Shown: piece after piece, positions 1 to 11,838 of the stretch
Layout: each line of letters begins with the position of its first letter
Position numbering within the stretch: the stretch's first letter is position 1
NCBI GenBank assembly: GCA_019112875.1
Contig: DXIO01000014.1
Span: 69,301 to 133,300 of the forward strand
DNA from: Candidatus Aquabacterium excrementipullorum
GTDB taxonomy: Bacteria; Pseudomonadota; Gammaproteobacteria; Burkholderiales; Burkholderiaceae_C
Reading direction: 5' to 3'
DNA length: 64,000 nucleotides
Notes under the pieces: model-generated
Told to the model about the DNA's origin: nothing
The model's input: the letters and a program-made list of their open reading frames with translations, nothing else
The model's database searches: none
Position numbers and translations under genes: made by a program

Positions 1-15
1 GAGGAGAGCTTCTGA
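1..15 (+). CDS. Last codons (EESF-stop) of an upstream gene, probably ftsI by dcw synteny
   Basis: gag gag agc ttc tga; the TGA overlaps the murE ATG at 15. Identity comes from gene order only. Confidence 0.4.
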   Translation, partial: EESF

Positions 16-1568
16 TGAGCACCCTGCCCACCTCGATCACCGCGTTGGACGATGTGCCCGCGATCCTGGCCTGGTTGGCCGCGCAGGGCGTTGACCAGTT
101 GACGGTCGACAGCCGCGAGATCGCGCCGCGCGTGGCGAAAGGCCAGGCGCCGGGCTTCATCGCCTGGCCCGGTGCCGCGCGCGATGGCCGTGCCTTCGTG
201 GCCCAGGCCCTGCAGGCCGGCGCGCGTGCGTGCCTGGTGGAGGCCGAGGGCGCCGAGGCGTTTGCCTTCAGCGACGCGCGCATCGCCGCCGTGCCCGATC
301 TGAAGGCCCGCCTGGCCGGCATCGCCCATGCCTTCTACGGCAACCCCAGCGAGCAACTGGCCGTGGTGGCCGTGACCGGCACCAACGGCAAGACCTCGAC
401 CTCGTGGTGGACGGCGCAGGCGCTGAGCGCGCTGGGCCGCCCCTGCGGCGTGATCGGCACGCTGGGCGTGGGCCAACCGGGCGCGGGCGATTTCGAGCCC
501 ACCGGCCTGACCACGCCCGATCCCGTCACCCTGCACGCCACCTTCCGCCGTTTCCTGGACCAGGGCCTGTCCGCCGTGGCCATCGAGGCCTCGTCCATCG
601 GCATCGAAGAGCGCCGCCTGGACGCCACGCGCATCCGCGTCGCGCAGTTCACCAACTTCACGCAGGACCACCTCGATTACCACCTGACGATGGAGGCCTA
701 CTGGCGCGCCAAGCAGGCCTTGTTCGAGTGGGGTGGTCTGCAGGCCGCCGTGGTCAATGTGGACGATCCGCAGGGCGACGAGCTGGTGCCGCTGTGCCGT
801 CAGCGCGGCGTGCCGCTGTGGACCACCGCCGTGCGCGAGCCGGCACGCCTGTGCGCCGAGGATATCGTCACCCAGGCCGATGGCCTGCGCGCCCGCATCG
901 TCGAGCGTGACGAATCGCTGGCCCGCGTGATCGACCAGGCCGAGCTGCAGGCCTCGCTGGTGGGTGATTTCAACGTGTCCAATCTGCTGGCCGTGATCGG
1001 CGCCCTGCGTGCGCTCGATGTGCCGCTGGCCGATGCGGTGAAAGCCTGCGCCGGCCTGAGCGCCGTGCCTGGCCGCATGCAGCAGGTGCGCCTGCCCGAA
1101 GCCGATGCGCTGGCGCTGCCGCTGGCCGTGGTTGATTACGCCCACACGCCCGACGCCTTGCTCAAGGCCCTGTGCGCCCTGAAGCCGCTGGCCAAGGCCC
1201 GTGGCGGCCGCCTGTGGTGCGTGTTCGGCTGCGGCGGTGACCGCGATCCGATCAAGCGCCCGCTGATGGGCGCGATGGCCGACCAGCACGCCGACGAGAT
1301 CGTGCTGACCAGCGACAACCCGCGCAGCGAAGCACCCGGCTACATCCTGTGCCAGATCCTGGGTGGCATGGTGCGCAGCGAACCTGCCGCCGTGATCGAG
1401 AACCGCCACGAAGCCATCGTCCACGCCATCACCCATGCCGATCCGCGCGACGTGGTGCTGATCGCCGGCAAGGGCCACGAAACCACGCAAGAGGTGGCCG
1501 GCGTCAAGACGCCGTTCTCCGACGTGGACGAAGCACTGAGCGCCCTGCGCGCACGGAGGGCCGCATGA
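15..1568 (+). CDS. murE: UDP-MurNAc-tripeptide synthetase (meso-DAP-adding)
   Basis: GTNGKTS P-loop, LTTPDP, FTNFTQDHLDYH, DYAHTPD, GCGGDRD, DNPR DAP-recognition motif, AGKGHE. Confidence 0.97.
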   Translation: MSTLPTSITALDDVPAILAWLAAQGVDQLTVDSREIAPRVAKGQAPGFIAWPGAARDGRAFVAQALQAGARACLVEAEGAEAFAFSDARIAAVPDLKARLAGIAHAFYGNPSEQLAVVAVTGTNGKTSTSWWTAQALSALGRPCGVIGTLGVGQPGAGDFEPTGLTTPDPVTLHATFRRFLDQGLSAVAIEASSIGIEERRLDATRIRVAQFTNFTQDHLDYHLTMEAYWRAKQALFEWGGLQAAVVNVDDPQGDELVPLCRQRGVPLWTTAVREPARLCAEDIVTQADGLRARIVERDESLARVIDQAELQASLVGDFNVSNLLAVIGALRALDVPLADAVKACAGLSAVPGRMQQVRLPEADALALPLAVVDYAHTPDALLKALCALKPLAKARGGRLWCVFGCGGDRDPIKRPLMGAMADQHADEIVLTSDNPRSEAPGYILCQILGGMVRSEPAAVIENRHEAIVHAITHADPRDVVLIAGKGHETTQEVAGVKTPFSDVDEALSALRARRAA

Positions 1569-3010
1569 CGGGCACCCCGATGATGACCCTGGGCCTGGCC
1601 CACCAGCTGCTGCCCGGCTCCGTGCTGACGGGCGATCCGGCCACGCCGCTGCTGCGCGTGCACACCGACACCCGCAGCCTGCAGGCCGGCGACTTCTTCG
1701 TGGCCTTGCGCGGCGAGCGCTTCGATGCGCACGACTTCCTGCCGCAGGCCGCGCAATCGGGCGCGGCGGCCGTGCTGGTGCAGCGCGGCATCGATGCGGC
1801 CGGCCTGCCGGGCCTGGTCGTGCCGGACACGCGCGCGGCCCTGGGTTGGCTGGCCTCGGCCTGGCGCGCCCGCTTCGACATCCCGCTCGTGGCCGTGACC
1901 GGCAGCAACGGCAAGACCACCGTCACGCAGATGGTGGCCAGTATCCTGAGCGCGTGGGTGGCATTGGAAGGCCGCCCCGAAGGCGCGCTGGCCACGCAGG
2001 GCAACTTCAACAACGACATCGGCGTGCCGCTGACCCTGCTGCGCCTGCGCGAAGCACAGCACCAGTGTGCCGTGGTCGAGCTGGGCATGAACCACCCCGG
2101 CGAGATCGAGCAGCTGGCCGCGCTGGCCGCACCCACCGTGGCGCTGGTCAACAACGCGCAGCGCGAGCACCAGGAGTTCATGCACACGGTCGAGGCGGTG
2201 GCACGCGAGAACGGCAGTGTGCTGGCCTCGCTGCCGCGCGATGGCGTGGCCGTGTTTCCGGCCGACGATGCCGAGCACACCCCGATCTGGCGCGCGTTGT
2301 CCGCCGGCCGCCGCGTGGTCGATTTCGCCTTGCAAGGCGATGCCGCCGTGACATGCGCCAGCCGCTGGGTCGATGCACCGGCCGATGGCTCGGGGCCTCA
2401 CTGGCTGATCAATGTCGATACACCGGCTGGCCAGGCCGAGGTGCACCTGCACATGGCCGGCGAGCACAACGTGCGCAACGCGCTGGCCGCCACGGCCGCC
2501 GCGCTGGGTGCCGGCGCACCGCTGCAGGCCGTGGTGCAAGGCCTGACGGGTTTCGTGCCCGTGAAGGGCCGCTCGGCGTTGCGCACCATCCAGCGCGCCG
2601 GCCGCACCGTGACCCTGATCGACGACAGCTACAACGCCAACCCCGATTCCGTGCGCGCCGCCATCGACATGCTGGCCGCGCTGCCTGGCCCGCACTGGCT
2701 GGTGCTGGGCGACATGGGCGAGGTCGGCAACCAGGGGCCCGCCTTCCACGAGGAGGTCGGCCTTCACGCCCGCGCGAAGGGCATCGAGCAGTTGTGGACG
2801 GCCGGCACCCTGTGCCGTCACACCGCGCAGGCCTATGGCCCCACCGCTCGGCATTTCGAATCGGCCGCCGAGATCGTCGCGGCCTTGAACACCCCTCACA
2901 ACGAACCTGGGGGCGTGCCAGACGTGGCCGCCATCCTGGTCAAAGGATCCCGTTTCATGAAGATGGAAACCGTCGTCGCCCAACTGGCTGGAGGTGAGCA
3001 TGCTGCTTAG
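1565..3010 (+). CDS. murF: UDP-MurNAc-tripeptide--D-Ala-D-Ala ligase
   Basis: [47 protein letters not shown]; ATG 1565 overlaps the murE stop (ATGA). Confidence 0.96.
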   Translation: MTGTPMMTLGLAHQLLPGSVLTGDPATPLLRVHTDTRSLQAGDFFVALRGERFDAHDFLPQAAQSGAAAVLVQRGIDAAGLPGLVVPDTRAALGWLASAWRARFDIPLVAVTGSNGKTTVTQMVASILSAWVALEGRPEGALATQGNFNNDIGVPLTLLRLREAQHQCAVVELGMNHPGEIEQLAALAAPTVALVNNAQREHQEFMHTVEAVARENGSVLASLPRDGVAVFPADDAEHTPIWRALSAGRRVVDFALQGDAAVTCASRWVDAPADGSGPHWLINVDTPAGQAEVHLHMAGEHNVRNALAATAAALGAGAPLQAVVQGLTGFVPVKGRSALRTIQRAGRTVTLIDDSYNANPDSVRAAIDMLAALPGPHWLVLGDMGEVGNQGPAFHEEVGLHARAKGIEQLWTAGTLCRHTAQAYGPTARHFESAAEIVAALNTPHNEPGGVPDVAAILVKGSRFMKMETVVAQLAGGEHAA

Positions 3011-4178
3011 CCTGGCCCTGTGGCTGCAGGACCTGCACCCCGAATGGGGCTTCCTGCGCGTCTTCCAGTACCTGACCTTCCGCTCCGTGATGGCCGCCAT
3101 CACCGCGCTGCTGATCGGCCTGGCGCTGGGGCCATGGCTGATCCGCAAGCTCACCGAACTCAAGATCGGCCAGCCCATCCGCGAATACGCGATTCAAGAT
3201 CACCTGAGCAAGCGCGGCACGCCCACGATGGGCGGTGCGCTGATCCTGCTGGCCATCGGCCTGTCGACCCTGCTGTGGTTCGACTGGGGCAACCGCTTCG
3301 TGTGGATCGTGATGATCGTGACCACGGGCTTCGGCGCCATCGGCTGGGCCGACGACTGGCGCAAGGTGGTCAACAAGAACCCCGAGGGCATGCCCTCGCG
3401 CGAGAAGTACTTCTGGCAATCGATCATCGGGTTGGTGGCCGCCATCTACCTGGCCTTCAGCGTGTCCGAGACCAACAACCTGCGCGTGATCGAACTGTTC
3501 ATCCGCTGGGTGGCCTCGGGCTTCTCGAACGACCTGCCGCCGAAGGCCGACCTGATCGTGCCCTTCTTCAAGACCGTGAGCTACCCGCTCGGCGTGTGGG
3601 GCTTCATGGTGCTGACCTACATCGTGATCGTGGGCACCAGCAACGCCGTGAACCTGACGGACGGCCTCGATGGCCTGGCCATCATGCCGGTGGTGATGGT
3701 CGGCTCGGCCCTGGGCATCTTCTGCTACGTGACGGGCAACTCGGTCTACGCCAAGTACCTGCTGCTGCCTCACATCCCGGGCGCGGGCGAACTGCTCGTG
3801 TTCTGCGCGGCGATGGCCGGGGCGGGGCTGGCCTTCCTGTGGTTCAACGCGTATCCGGCGCAGGTGTTCATGGGCGACGTGGGCGCGCTGGCGCTGGGCG
3901 GCGCTTTGGGCACCATCGCTGTGATCGTGCGCCAGGAGATCGTGCTGGCCGTGATGGGCGGTGTCTTCGTGCTCGAAGCCCTGTCCGTCATGATCCAGGT
4001 CAGCTACTTCAAGTACACCAAGAAGAAGTACGGCGAGGGCCGCCGCATCCTGCTGATGGCGCCGCTGCACCACCACTTCGAGAAGTCCGGCTGGAAGGAA
4101 ACGCAGGTCGTGGTCCGCTTCTGGATCATCACCATGCTGTTGTGCCTGGCCGGCCTGACCACCTTGAAACTGCGTTGA
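3000..4178 (+). CDS. mraY: Phospho-MurNAc-pentapeptide transferase
   Basis: [35 protein letters not shown]; multiple TM helices; GGAGG upstream of ATG 3000. Confidence 0.97.
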   Translation: MLLSLALWLQDLHPEWGFLRVFQYLTFRSVMAAITALLIGLALGPWLIRKLTELKIGQPIREYAIQDHLSKRGTPTMGGALILLAIGLSTLLWFDWGNRFVWIVMIVTTGFGAIGWADDWRKVVNKNPEGMPSREKYFWQSIIGLVAAIYLAFSVSETNNLRVIELFIRWVASGFSNDLPPKADLIVPFFKTVSYPLGVWGFMVLTYIVIVGTSNAVNLTDGLDGLAIMPVVMVGSALGIFCYVTGNSVYAKYLLLPHIPGAGELLVFCAAMAGAGLAFLWFNAYPAQVFMGDVGALALGGALGTIAVIVRQEIVLAVMGGVFVLEALSVMIQVSYFKYTKKKYGEGRRILLMAPLHHHFEKSGWKETQVVVRFWIITMLLCLAGLTTLKLR

Positions 4179-4202
4179 TCGCTGCCGAGTAAGAACATCA
4201 AG

Positions 4203-6134
4203 ATGCGCTACCTGAGCGAACTCACCGTGCTGATCCTGGGTCTTGGGGACTCGGGCCTGGCCATGGCGCGCTGGTGCGCCCGGTGCGGCGCCAGCGTGCG
4301 CGTGGCCGACACGCGCGCGAACCCGCCGCAGGCCGCCACCTTGATGACCGAGGTTCCGGCTGCCACCGTGCACCATGGGCTGGACGCAGCCCTGCTGGAC
4401 GGTGTGCAGCTGGTGCTCAAGAGCCCGGGCCTGGCGCCCAACGCGCCCGATGTCGAGCGCCTGCTGGCCCGCGCCGACGAGCTGGGCATCCCGGTGCGCG
4501 GCGAGTTGTCGCTGTTCGCCTCGGCCCTGGCCGATCTGAAGACCGAGCGCGGCTACGCGCCCAAGGTGCTGGCCATCACCGGCACCAACGGCAAGACCAC
4601 GACCACCTCGCTCACGGCCAAGCTGGTCGAGCGCGCGGGCAAGCGCGTGGGCATGGCCGGCAACATCGGCCCGACCTTGCTGGACACGCTGGCGCAGGCG
4701 CTGGATGCGGAGCCGGAAGCGGTGATTGATGAGACCGTGGCTGCCGAGGCGCACCCTGGCGATGAAAGCCAGGCTGCAAGCGACGCCTCCAATGTAGATG
4801 CCGGCACTGCTGAGCAAGCCTTGGACGCGCAGGATTCCGATGCGGTGTCGGTGTCGGTGTCGGTGCCCGTGCCCGTGCCTGTCTCCGATGTTGCCGACAC
4901 CACCGAGCCTGCCGATGATGCTGAATCGGTCTCATCGGCCGAAGCACAGGCATCCGACGCTGACGCCGAGTCCGACGCGACCGAGCTTGTTGCGGACGCC
5001 TCCGCCACAACCCCGCTGCCCGACGACGCCGATGCCCCTCTGGTGCAACTGGCCCCGCCGCCCCCGGCCGAGCCCGTGTTCCAGGTGCTGCCCGACGTGT
5101 GGGTGCTCGAACTCTCCAGCTTCCAGCTGGATGGCGTCAGCAACTTCGAGCCCAGCGCCGCCACGGTGCTCAACATCACACAGGATCACTTGGACTGGCA
5201 CGGCACGATGGCCGCCTACGCAGGCGCCAAGGCCCGCATCTTCGGCAAGCAGGGCTTGATGGTGATCAACCGCGACGACCCGGCCGTGGCCGCCATGGTG
5301 CCGCCGCCCGAGGTGATCAAGTCCGGCGTGAAGGGCCGCCCCTCGCGCACCGTGCACCGCAACGTCGTGCGCTTCGGGCTCGATGCGCCGCGCCAGCCCG
5401 GCGATTTCGGCCTGGTGACCGAGGCTGGCATGGCCTGGCTGGTCCGCGCCCGCGAGGCCGATCCCACGCTCAAGCGCAAGAAGGGCGATCCGGAAGAAGA
5501 GATCATCCTGCAGCGCCTCATGCCCGCCGACGCGCTGCGCATCCGTGGCCGCCACAACGCCTCCAACGCCCTGGCCGCGCTGGCCCTGACCACCGCCATC
5601 GGCCTGCCGCTGGCGCCGATGCTGCACGGCCTGCGCGAATACCGTGGCGAGCCGCATCGCGTCGAGGTCGTGGCCAACGTGGCCGGCGTCGATGCGATCG
5701 ACGACAGCAAGGGCACCAACGTGGGCGCCACCGTGGCCGCGCTGCTGGGCCTGGGCTCGGACCTGGGCAGCGGCAAGCTGGTCGTGATCCTGGGGGGCGA
5801 CGGCAAGGGGCAGGACTTCGCCCCGCTGGCCGACCCGGTGGGCCGCTTCGCGCGTGCCGTGGCCCTGATTGGCCGTGACGCCGAGGCCATTGGCCAGGCG
5901 TTAGCCACCGGCGACGTGCTGCGTGATCCGCTGGGCGAACCGCTGCCCGTGCAGCGCCACGACACGCTGGAGCAGGCCACGCGTTGGTCCTTCGAACAGG
6001 CCCGTGCGGGCGATGCCGTGCTGCTGAGCCCGGCCTGCGCCAGCCTGGACATGTTCCGCAACTACGCCCACCGCGCCGAGGTCTTCATCGACACCGTGCG
6101 CGAGATCGCGGCCGACCGAGGGGAGCTGGTATGA
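4203..6134 (+). CDS. murD: UDP-MurNAc-L-Ala--D-Glu ligase with a ~126-aa acidic low-complexity insertion
   Basis: [59 protein letters not shown]. Confidence 0.95.
   Translation: MRYLSELTVLILGLGDSGLAMARWCARCGASVRVADTRANPPQAATLMTEVPAATVHHGLDAALLDGVQLVLKSPGLAPNAPDVERLLARADELGIPVRGELSLFASALADLKTERGYAPKVLAITGTNGKTTTTSLTAKLVERAGKRVGMAGNIGPTLLDTLAQALDAEPEAVIDETVAAEAHPGDESQAASDASNVDAGTAEQALDAQDSDAVSVSVSVPVPVPVSDVADTTEPADDAESVSSAEAQASDADAESDATELVADASATTPLPDDADAPLVQLAPPPPAEPVFQVLPDVWVLELSSFQLDGVSNFEPSAATVLNITQDHLDWHGTMAAYAGAKARIFGKQGLMVINRDDPAVAAMVPPPEVIKSGVKGRPSRTVHRNVVRFGLDAPRQPGDFGLVTEAGMAWLVRAREADPTLKRKKGDPEEEIILQRLMPADALRIRGRHNASNALAALALTTAIGLPLAPMLHGLREYRGEPHRVEVVANVAGVDAIDDSKGTNVGATVAALLGLGSDLGSGKLVVILGGDGKGQDFAPLADPVGRFARAVALIGRDAEAIGQALATGDVLRDPLGEPLPVQRHDTLEQATRWSFEQARAGDAVLLSPACASLDMFRNYAHRAEVFIDTVREIAADRGELV
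4845..4886 (+). repeat. Seven imperfect 6-bp units (GTGTCG x3, GTGCCY x3, GTCTCC) encoding [14 protein letters not shown] inside the MurD insertion
   Basis: Read directly from the sequence. Confidence 0.85.
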
Positions 6135-7393
6135 CCGATACGAGCCTCGACGACACCCCCGGCCTGTTCGCCCGCCTCAAGGCCCGCCTGCTGCAACGCG
6201 GCGAGGGCGGCAGCCTGCCCGTGCGCGACTGGGTCAGCGTGTCCAGCCAGCCCACGCGCGTGATGGGCTTCGACCAGGGCCTGGTCTGGGTGACGATGGC
6301 CTTGCTGCTGCTGGGCCTGGTGATGGTCTACTCGGCCTCGATCGCGCTGCCTGACAGCCCCAAGTTCGCCAACTACGCGGCCACGCATTTCTTCAGCCGT
6401 CACCTGTTCTCGCTGTCGCTGTCGCTGGCCACGGCCTGCATCGTCGTGCAGATCCCGCTGTCGGTGTGGGAGCGTGCCGCGCCCTGGCTGTTCGTGGCCT
6501 CGCTGGTGCTGCTGATGCTGGTGCTGATCCCGCACGTGGGCAAGGGCGTGAACGGTGCGCGCCGCTGGCTGCCGCTGGGCGTGATGAACTTCCAGCCTTC
6601 CGAACTGGCCAAGCTGGCCATCACCCTCTACGCCGCCGACTACATGGTGCGCAAGATGGACGTGAAGGAGCACTTCTTCCGCGCGGTGGCCCCGATGGCC
6701 GTCGCCGTGGGCGTGGTGGGCCTGCTGCTGCTGGCCGAGCCCGACATGGGCGCCTTCATGGTGATCGCGGCCATCGCGATGGCCATCCTGTTCCTGGGCG
6801 GCGTCAACGGCCGCATGTTCTTCCTGATCACCTCGGTGCTGGTCGGCGCCTTCGTGCTGATGGTGTCGCTGAGCCCGTGGCGGCGCGAGCGCATCTTCGC
6901 CTACCTGGACCCGTGGGACGAGAAGAACGCCCTAGGCAAGGCCTACCAGCTCACGCACTCGCTGATCGCCTTCGGCCGTGGCGAGATCTTCGGCGAAGGC
7001 CTGGGCTCCAGCCTGGAGAAGCTGCACTACCTGCCCGAGGCCCACACCGACTTCCTGCTGGCCGTGATCGGCGAGGAGCTGGGCTTCATCGGCGTGGCCA
7101 TCGTGATCTTCGCGTTCTTTTGGCTGGTGCGCCGCCTGTTCCACATCGGCCGCCAGGCCATCGCACTCGACCGCGTCTTCTCGGGCCTGGTGGCCCAAGG
7201 CGTGGGCGTGTGGATGGGCGGCCAGGCCTTCATCAACATGGGCGTGAACCTGGGCGTGCTGCCCACCAAGGGCCTGACGCTGCCGTTGATGAGCTATGGC
7301 GGCTCGGGCATCTTGCTGAACTGCGTGGCCCTGGCCATCTGCCTTCGTGTGGACATTGAGAACCGCCAGTTGATGCGAGGGGGCCGCGCATGA
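6131..7393 (+). CDS. ftsW: Cell division SEDS glycosyltransferase FtsW
   Basis: [40 protein letters not shown]; ATGA overlap with murD. Confidence 0.96.
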   Translation: MTDTSLDDTPGLFARLKARLLQRGEGGSLPVRDWVSVSSQPTRVMGFDQGLVWVTMALLLLGLVMVYSASIALPDSPKFANYAATHFFSRHLFSLSLSLATACIVVQIPLSVWERAAPWLFVASLVLLMLVLIPHVGKGVNGARRWLPLGVMNFQPSELAKLAITLYAADYMVRKMDVKEHFFRAVAPMAVAVGVVGLLLLAEPDMGAFMVIAAIAMAILFLGGVNGRMFFLITSVLVGAFVLMVSLSPWRRERIFAYLDPWDEKNALGKAYQLTHSLIAFGRGEIFGEGLGSSLEKLHYLPEAHTDFLLAVIGEELGFIGVAIVIFAFFWLVRRLFHIGRQAIALDRVFSGLVAQGVGVWMGGQAFINMGVNLGVLPTKGLTLPLMSYGGSGILLNCVALAICLRVDIENRQLMRGGRA

Positions 7394-8517
7394 GCACCGG
7401 CAAGCACCTCGTCATCATGGCCGCCGGCACCGGCGGCCACGTCATGCCCGGCCTGGCCGTGGCGCGCGAAATGCAGCAGCGCGGCTGGGCCGTGAGCTGG
7501 CTGGGCACGCGCACCGGCATGGAAAACCGCCTGGTGCCGCCCAGCGGCATCCCGATGGACACCATCGGCTTCAACGGCCTGCGCGGCAAGGGCCTGCTGC
7601 ACACGCTCACCGGCGGCCTGCGCCTGGTCAAGGCCTTCGGCGAATGCTTCGGCATCCTGGGCAAGCGCAAGGCCGATGCCGTGCTGGGCATGGGTGGCTA
7701 CGTGTGCTTCCCCGGTGGCCTGATGGCCTCGGCGCGCGGCCTGCCGCTGGTGCTGGTCAATGCCGACGCGTCCCTGTTGATGAGCAACAAGGCGCTGCTG
7801 CCCGTGGCCGATGCCGTCGCCTTCGGCTTCGACAGCGACGATGTCGCCAAGGTGGGCACGCGCCACCGCGCCGCCCGCGTCACCGGCAACCCCGTGCGCG
7901 CCGAGATCGAGGCCATCGCCCCGCCGGCCATGCGTTTCGCCGGCCGCCTGGGCCCGCTGCGCGTGCTGGTGGTGGGCGGCAGCCTGGGCGCCAAGGTGCT
8001 CAACGACACGCTGCCCCGTGCGCTGGCCCTGCTGGCCCCCGAAGAGCGCCCCCGCATCACGCACCAGACGGGCATCGCCCAGTACGAGGCCGTCAAGGCC
8101 ACCTACGGCCAGCACGGCATCAGCATGCCGGCCGAGGTCGAGGTGCTGCCCTTCATCAACGACATGGCGCAGCGCCTGTCCGACTGCGACGTGATCATCT
8201 GCCGCGCCGGTGCCATCACCGTGAGCGAGCTGTGTGTGGCCGGTGTGCCCAGCATCCTGGTGCCGCTGGTGGTGTCGACCACCGCCCATCAGCGCGACAA
8301 TGCCGCCTACATGGCGCAGCACGGCGCGGCCGTGCACCTGCCGCAAGGCGAACTGACCCCCGAGTCGCTGGCCGAGCGCCTGCGCACGCTGCACCGCGAC
8401 GACCTGCGCGCCATGGCCGACAAGGCCCATGCGCTGGCCCGCCGTGGCGCCGCCGCCGCCGTGGCCGACGACATCGAACGACTGACCTCTTCTTCCCGAA
8501 AGGGGGCCGCAGCATGA
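7390..8517 (+). CDS. murG: Lipid I GlcNAc transferase
   Basis: [25 protein letters not shown]. Confidence 0.96.
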   Translation: MSTGKHLVIMAAGTGGHVMPGLAVAREMQQRGWAVSWLGTRTGMENRLVPPSGIPMDTIGFNGLRGKGLLHTLTGGLRLVKAFGECFGILGKRKADAVLGMGGYVCFPGGLMASARGLPLVLVNADASLLMSNKALLPVADAVAFGFDSDDVAKVGTRHRAARVTGNPVRAEIEAIAPPAMRFAGRLGPLRVLVVGGSLGAKVLNDTLPRALALLAPEERPRITHQTGIAQYEAVKATYGQHGISMPAEVEVLPFINDMAQRLSDCDVIICRAGAITVSELCVAGVPSILVPLVVSTTAHQRDNAAYMAQHGAAVHLPQGELTPESLAERLRTLHRDDLRAMADKAHALARRGAAAAVADDIERLTSSSRKGAAA

Positions 8518-9917
8518 AACACGCGGTCAAGCACATCCATTTCGTGGGCATCGGTGGCGCCGGCATGAGCGGCATCGCCGAGATCCTGCACAACCTGGGC
8601 TTCACGGTCTCCGGCTCCGACCAGTCCGACAGCGCCACCGCGCGCCGCCTGGCCTCGCTGGGCATCCAGGTGTTCATCGGGCATGAGGCCGCGCACATCG
8701 AGGGCGCCGAGGCCGTGGTCACGTCCACCGCCGTGAAGGGCGACAACCCCGAGGTGATCGCCGCGCGCGCCAAGCGCGTGCCCGTGGTGCCGCGCGCCGT
8801 GATGCTGGCCGAGCTGATGCGCCTGAAGAAGGGCATCGCCATCGCCGGCACGCACGGCAAGACGACGACCACCTCGCTGGTCACCTGCATCCTGGCCGAG
8901 GCCGGTGTCGACCCGACCTTCGTGATCGGCGGCAAGCTCAACAGCGCGGGCGCCAACTCGGCGCTGGGCAAGGGTGAGTACATCGTCGTCGAGGCCGATG
9001 AATCCGATGCTTCGTTCCTGAACCTGCTGCCCATCCTGTCGGTCGTCACGAACATCGATGCCGACCACATGGACACCTACGGGCACGATTTCGCGAAGCT
9101 CAAGCAGGCCTTCGTCGATTTCCTGCACCGCATGCCCTTCTACGGCTCGGCCATCCTGTGCGCGGACGACCCGGGCGTGCGCTCCATCATCCCGCTGATC
9201 TCGCGCCCCGTGATCACCTACGGTTTCGGCGAGGACGCGCAGGTGCGCGCCGTCAACGTCGAGGCGCTGGCCGGCGGCCAGATGCGCTTCGTCGTGCAGC
9301 GCCGCAATGGTGTCGTGATGCCCGAGATCACCGTCACGTTGAACCTGCCCGGCGTGCACAATGTGCTCAACGCGCTGGCCGCCATCGCCGTGGCCACCGA
9401 GATCGAACTGCCCGATGAGCCGCTGATCAAGGCCCTGGGCGAGTTCACCGGCGTCGGCCGCCGCTTCCAGCGCTATGGTGATTTCAAGACCAGCGACGAC
9501 GGCACCTTCACGCTGATCGACGACTACGGCCACCACCCGGTGGAGATGGCCGCCGTGATCAGCGCCGCGCGTGGCGCTTTCCCTGGCCAGCGCATCGTGC
9601 TGGCCTTCCAGCCGCACCGCTTCACCCGCACGCGCGATTGCTTCGAGGATTTCGTCAAGGTGCTGGGCACGGCTGATGCCGTGCTGCTGACCGAGGTCTA
9701 TGCGGCGGGCGAGCAACCCATCGTGGCCGCCGACGGCCGCGCGCTGACCCGTGCCGTGCGCGTGTCCGGCAAGGTCGAGCCCGTGTTCGTCGATGAGATC
9801 GTCGACCTGCCGCAGACCATCGCCGACACCGTCCGCGCGGGCGATGTGGTGATCTGCATGGGCGCCGGCTCCATTGGCGGCGTGCCCGCCAAGGTCGTTG
9901 AACTGTTGAAAGATTGA
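8514..9917 (+). CDS. murC: UDP-MurNAc--L-Ala ligase
   Basis: [43 protein letters not shown]; ATGA overlap with murG. Confidence 0.97.
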   Translation: MKHAVKHIHFVGIGGAGMSGIAEILHNLGFTVSGSDQSDSATARRLASLGIQVFIGHEAAHIEGAEAVVTSTAVKGDNPEVIAARAKRVPVVPRAVMLAELMRLKKGIAIAGTHGKTTTTSLVTCILAEAGVDPTFVIGGKLNSAGANSALGKGEYIVVEADESDASFLNLLPILSVVTNIDADHMDTYGHDFAKLKQAFVDFLHRMPFYGSAILCADDPGVRSIIPLISRPVITYGFGEDAQVRAVNVEALAGGQMRFVVQRRNGVVMPEITVTLNLPGVHNVLNALAAIAVATEIELPDEPLIKALGEFTGVGRRFQRYGDFKTSDDGTFTLIDDYGHHPVEMAAVISAARGAFPGQRIVLAFQPHRFTRTRDCFEDFVKVLGTADAVLLTEVYAAGEQPIVAADGRALTRAVRVSGKVEPVFVDEIVDLPQTIADTVRAGDVVICMGAGSIGGVPAKVVELLKD

Positions 9918-9933
9918 GACGAGGACCGATGCC

Positions 9934-10953
9934 ATGAGCGCTCCCCTCCAGATTGCCCCGCCCACCGTGGACCCGAAGTCCCTGGGCAAGGTCGCCGTGC
10001 TGTTCGGCGGCACCTCCGCCGAGCGCGAGGTGTCCATCATGTCCGGCACCGGCGTGCTCAAGGCCCTGCAATCGCAGGGTGTGGACGCGCACGCGTTCGA
10101 TCCGTCCGAGCGCCCGCTCGAAGACCTGCGCAAGGAAGGCTTCACCCGCTGCTTCATCGCCCTGCATGGCCGTGGCGGCGAGGACGGCACCCTGCAGCGC
10201 GAGCTGGAATGGCTGCAGCTGCCCTACACCGGCTCGGGCGTGAAGGCCTCCAGCCAGGCCATGGACAAGGACGTGACCAAGCTGCTGTGGCGCTACCAGG
10301 GCATCCCCACGCCTGGCTGGCGCACCGTCAAGAGCGCGGCCGAGTGCGAAGAGGCCTTCGATTACCTGGGCGGTGGCACCATGTTCGTCAAGCCCGCGCG
10401 CGAAGGCTCGTCCATCGGCCTGACCAAGGTGACGGCGCGCAGCCAGGCCGCGGCCGCCTACGCCCTGGCCGCCCAGCACGACGACGAAGTCATGTGCGAG
10501 GAGTTCGTCGATGGCGACGAGACCACCTGCCCGGTGCTGGAGATCAATGGCGAGCCCGTGGCCCTGCCCGTGATCCGCATCGCCGCGCCCAACGGCAACT
10601 ACGACTACCAGAACAAGTACTTCACCGACGACACCAAGTACCACTGCCCGTCCGGCCTGCCGGCCGACGAGGAAGAGCGCATCCAGCAGCTGGTGGTCAA
10701 GTCCTTCAAGTCATTGCAGTGCCGTGGCTGGGCCCGTGTCGACGTGATGATCGACAAGGCCACCCGCGAGCCCTACCTGCTGGAGATCAACACCTCGCCC
10801 GGCATGACCTCGCACTCGCTGGTGCCCATGTCCGCCCGCGTGGCCGGCCTGAGCTACGAGCAGCTGTGTGTGCACCTGCTGACCACGGCCGCGCTGGACC
10901 GCGAGATCCCCGGCATGTACGAGGCCATGAGCGGCCAGCAGCCCACCGCCTGA
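9934..10953 (+). CDS. ddl: D-Ala--D-Ala ligase
   Basis: [42 protein letters not shown]. Confidence 0.96.
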   Translation: MSAPLQIAPPTVDPKSLGKVAVLFGGTSAEREVSIMSGTGVLKALQSQGVDAHAFDPSERPLEDLRKEGFTRCFIALHGRGGEDGTLQRELEWLQLPYTGSGVKASSQAMDKDVTKLLWRYQGIPTPGWRTVKSAAECEEAFDYLGGGTMFVKPAREGSSIGLTKVTARSQAAAAYALAAQHDDEVMCEEFVDGDETTCPVLEINGEPVALPVIRIAAPNGNYDYQNKYFTDDTKYHCPSGLPADEEERIQQLVVKSFKSLQCRGWARVDVMIDKATREPYLLEINTSPGMTSHSLVPMSARVAGLSYEQLCVHLLTTAALDREIPGMYEAMSGQQPTA

Positions 10954-10983
10954 TCCACCCACCGCACAACGACACCCACCACC

Positions 10984-11817
10984 ATGCTCACCGCCCAGGC
11001 CCTGCAGTCACCCAGCGAGATGCCGCAAGACATCCGCTGGATGAATGCCGCCACCATCGCGCTGGCGGTGCTGGGCGTGCTGCTGGTGCTGGCCGGCTGC
11101 TTCACGGTGCTGATGCGCCAGCCTTACTTCGTGATCCACAAGCTCAGCATCGACGGCGAGATGCAGCGCAACAACCTGGCCACCGTGCGGGCCAACGTGG
11201 TGCCGCGCGTGGATGGCAGCTTCTTCATGGTCGACCTGGGCCGCGCGCGCGCGGTGTTCGAATCCGTGCCCTGGGTGCGCCGCGCGCTGGTGCGCCGCGT
11301 GTGGCCCAACGAGTTGCGCGTGACGCTCGAAGAGCACAAGCCCGCCGCCTATTGGCGCCACGAAGACCGCGATGACCAGTTGGTGAACCAGCAGGGCGAG
11401 GTCTTCGATGCCAACCTGGGCGATGTCGAGGACGAGCCGCTGCCCGCGCTGCAAGGCCCCGTGCATGCCACCGCCGACCAGGCCCGCCTGATGCTGACCA
11501 TGCTGCGCAAGCTGCAACCCGCGCTCGCGCCGCTGGAGTCCGACATCGACACCGTGCAGCTCACCGACCGTGGCTCGTGGACCGTCAAGCTCGAGAACGA
11601 CGCCGTGATCGAACTCGGCCGTGGCGAGACCGATGAACTCGTGGCGCGCGCCGAACGCTTCGTGCGCACGCTGCCGCAATTGCGCCAACAGTACAGCGCG
11701 CCGCTGGCCTATGCCGACCTGCGCTACCCGCAAGGCTATGCCGTGCGGCTCAAGGGCCTGAGCACCGTTCAGAACATTCAGAAGGGGCGTGTGGCCAACG
11801 CTCCTCAAACGCCTTAA
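10984..11817 (+). CDS. ftsQ: Cell division protein FtsQ
   Basis: Single N-terminal TM, POTRA-like PWVRRALVRRVWP, C-terminal DLRYPQGYAV; position between ddl and ftsA. Confidence 0.92.
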   Translation: MLTAQALQSPSEMPQDIRWMNAATIALAVLGVLLVLAGCFTVLMRQPYFVIHKLSIDGEMQRNNLATVRANVVPRVDGSFFMVDLGRARAVFESVPWVRRALVRRVWPNELRVTLEEHKPAAYWRHEDRDDQLVNQQGEVFDANLGDVEDEPLPALQGPVHATADQARLMLTMLRKLQPALAPLESDIDTVQLTDRGSWTVKLENDAVIELGRGETDELVARAERFVRTLPQLRQQYSAPLAYADLRYPQGYAVRLKGLSTVQNIQKGRVANAPQTP

Positions 11818-11838
11818 ACTCGTCAAAACCCGCACACC

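Noticed and set aside
4845-4886. Repeat run in murD as a phase-variation switch
   Set aside because: The 6-bp unit keeps the frame and the copies are degenerate
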